A stretch of 64,000 bases of DNA from an uncultured virus (IMG/VR IMGVR_UViG_3300021142_000017). Lineage: Duplodnaviria > Heunggongvirae > Uroviricota > Caudoviricetes. Position 1 is the first letter of the stretch. Each line of letters starts with the position of its first letter. Under the pieces are notes generated by a model. The model ran no database searches, was not told the origin of the DNA, and saw nothing but the letters and a program-made list of their open reading frames with translations. The stretch lies in the IMG/VR virus record IMGVR_UViG_3300021142_000017; one strand, 5' to 3'. This document shows, one piece after another, positions 63,967 through 64,000 of this stretch. A program made the position numbers and the translations under genes.

Positions 63967-64000
63967 TTAAGTATTTCTCCATATCTACTTCTATGTCTGA

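Noticed and set aside
1..64000. tRNA genes, integrase/att sites, stop-codon reassignment, introns or inteins in terL, nrdJ and recA
   Set aside because: None recognised; genes are intact, of normal length, and tile densely in the standard code

Overview
The window is part of a tailed dsDNA phage genome with no cellular genes. Two WhiB-family genes, leaderless transcripts, an actinobacterial-type DnaA box and moderate GC point to an actinobacterial host, plausibly low-GC freshwater Actinobacteria (inference). Layout: (1) 1-35.7 kb, mostly minus strand: a duplicated triplet of glycine-rich fibre genes, glycan-enzyme and collagen-like fibre genes, capsid, scaffold, portal, terminase, lysis genes, a PASTA-domain virion protein, many small basic proteins and a small heat-shock protein. 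(2) An HNH nuclease and a probable genome end or module boundary near 36.86-36.90 kb. (3) 36.9-47.55 kb, plus strand: an early-type island of short transcription units including a MoxR ATPase/VWA pair. (4) 47.58-64 kb, minus strand: class II ribonucleotide reductase, nucleotidyltransferase, phosphoesterase, SpoVS, HslV-like protease, RuvC, Cas4-like nuclease, WhiB, resolvase and RecA. The most striking structure is in the non-coding DNA of the early island. It repeats one promoter cassette: a GTTTGTGTTG...CAACACAAAC inverted repeat, an MprA-like CTGAGA-N5-CTGAGA box, GTTATAAA helically phased to the -35, and a +1 hairpin (an AGACC loop in three cases). It also holds a DnaA-box triplet, a ~6 kb stretch lacking several 4-base palindromes, and stem-closed candidate ncRNAs, one carrying the 16S rRNA 790-loop sequence. 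No tRNA, rRNA gene, CRISPR array, integrase or tape-measure gene was recognised. Family names come from motif recognition only; no searches were run.
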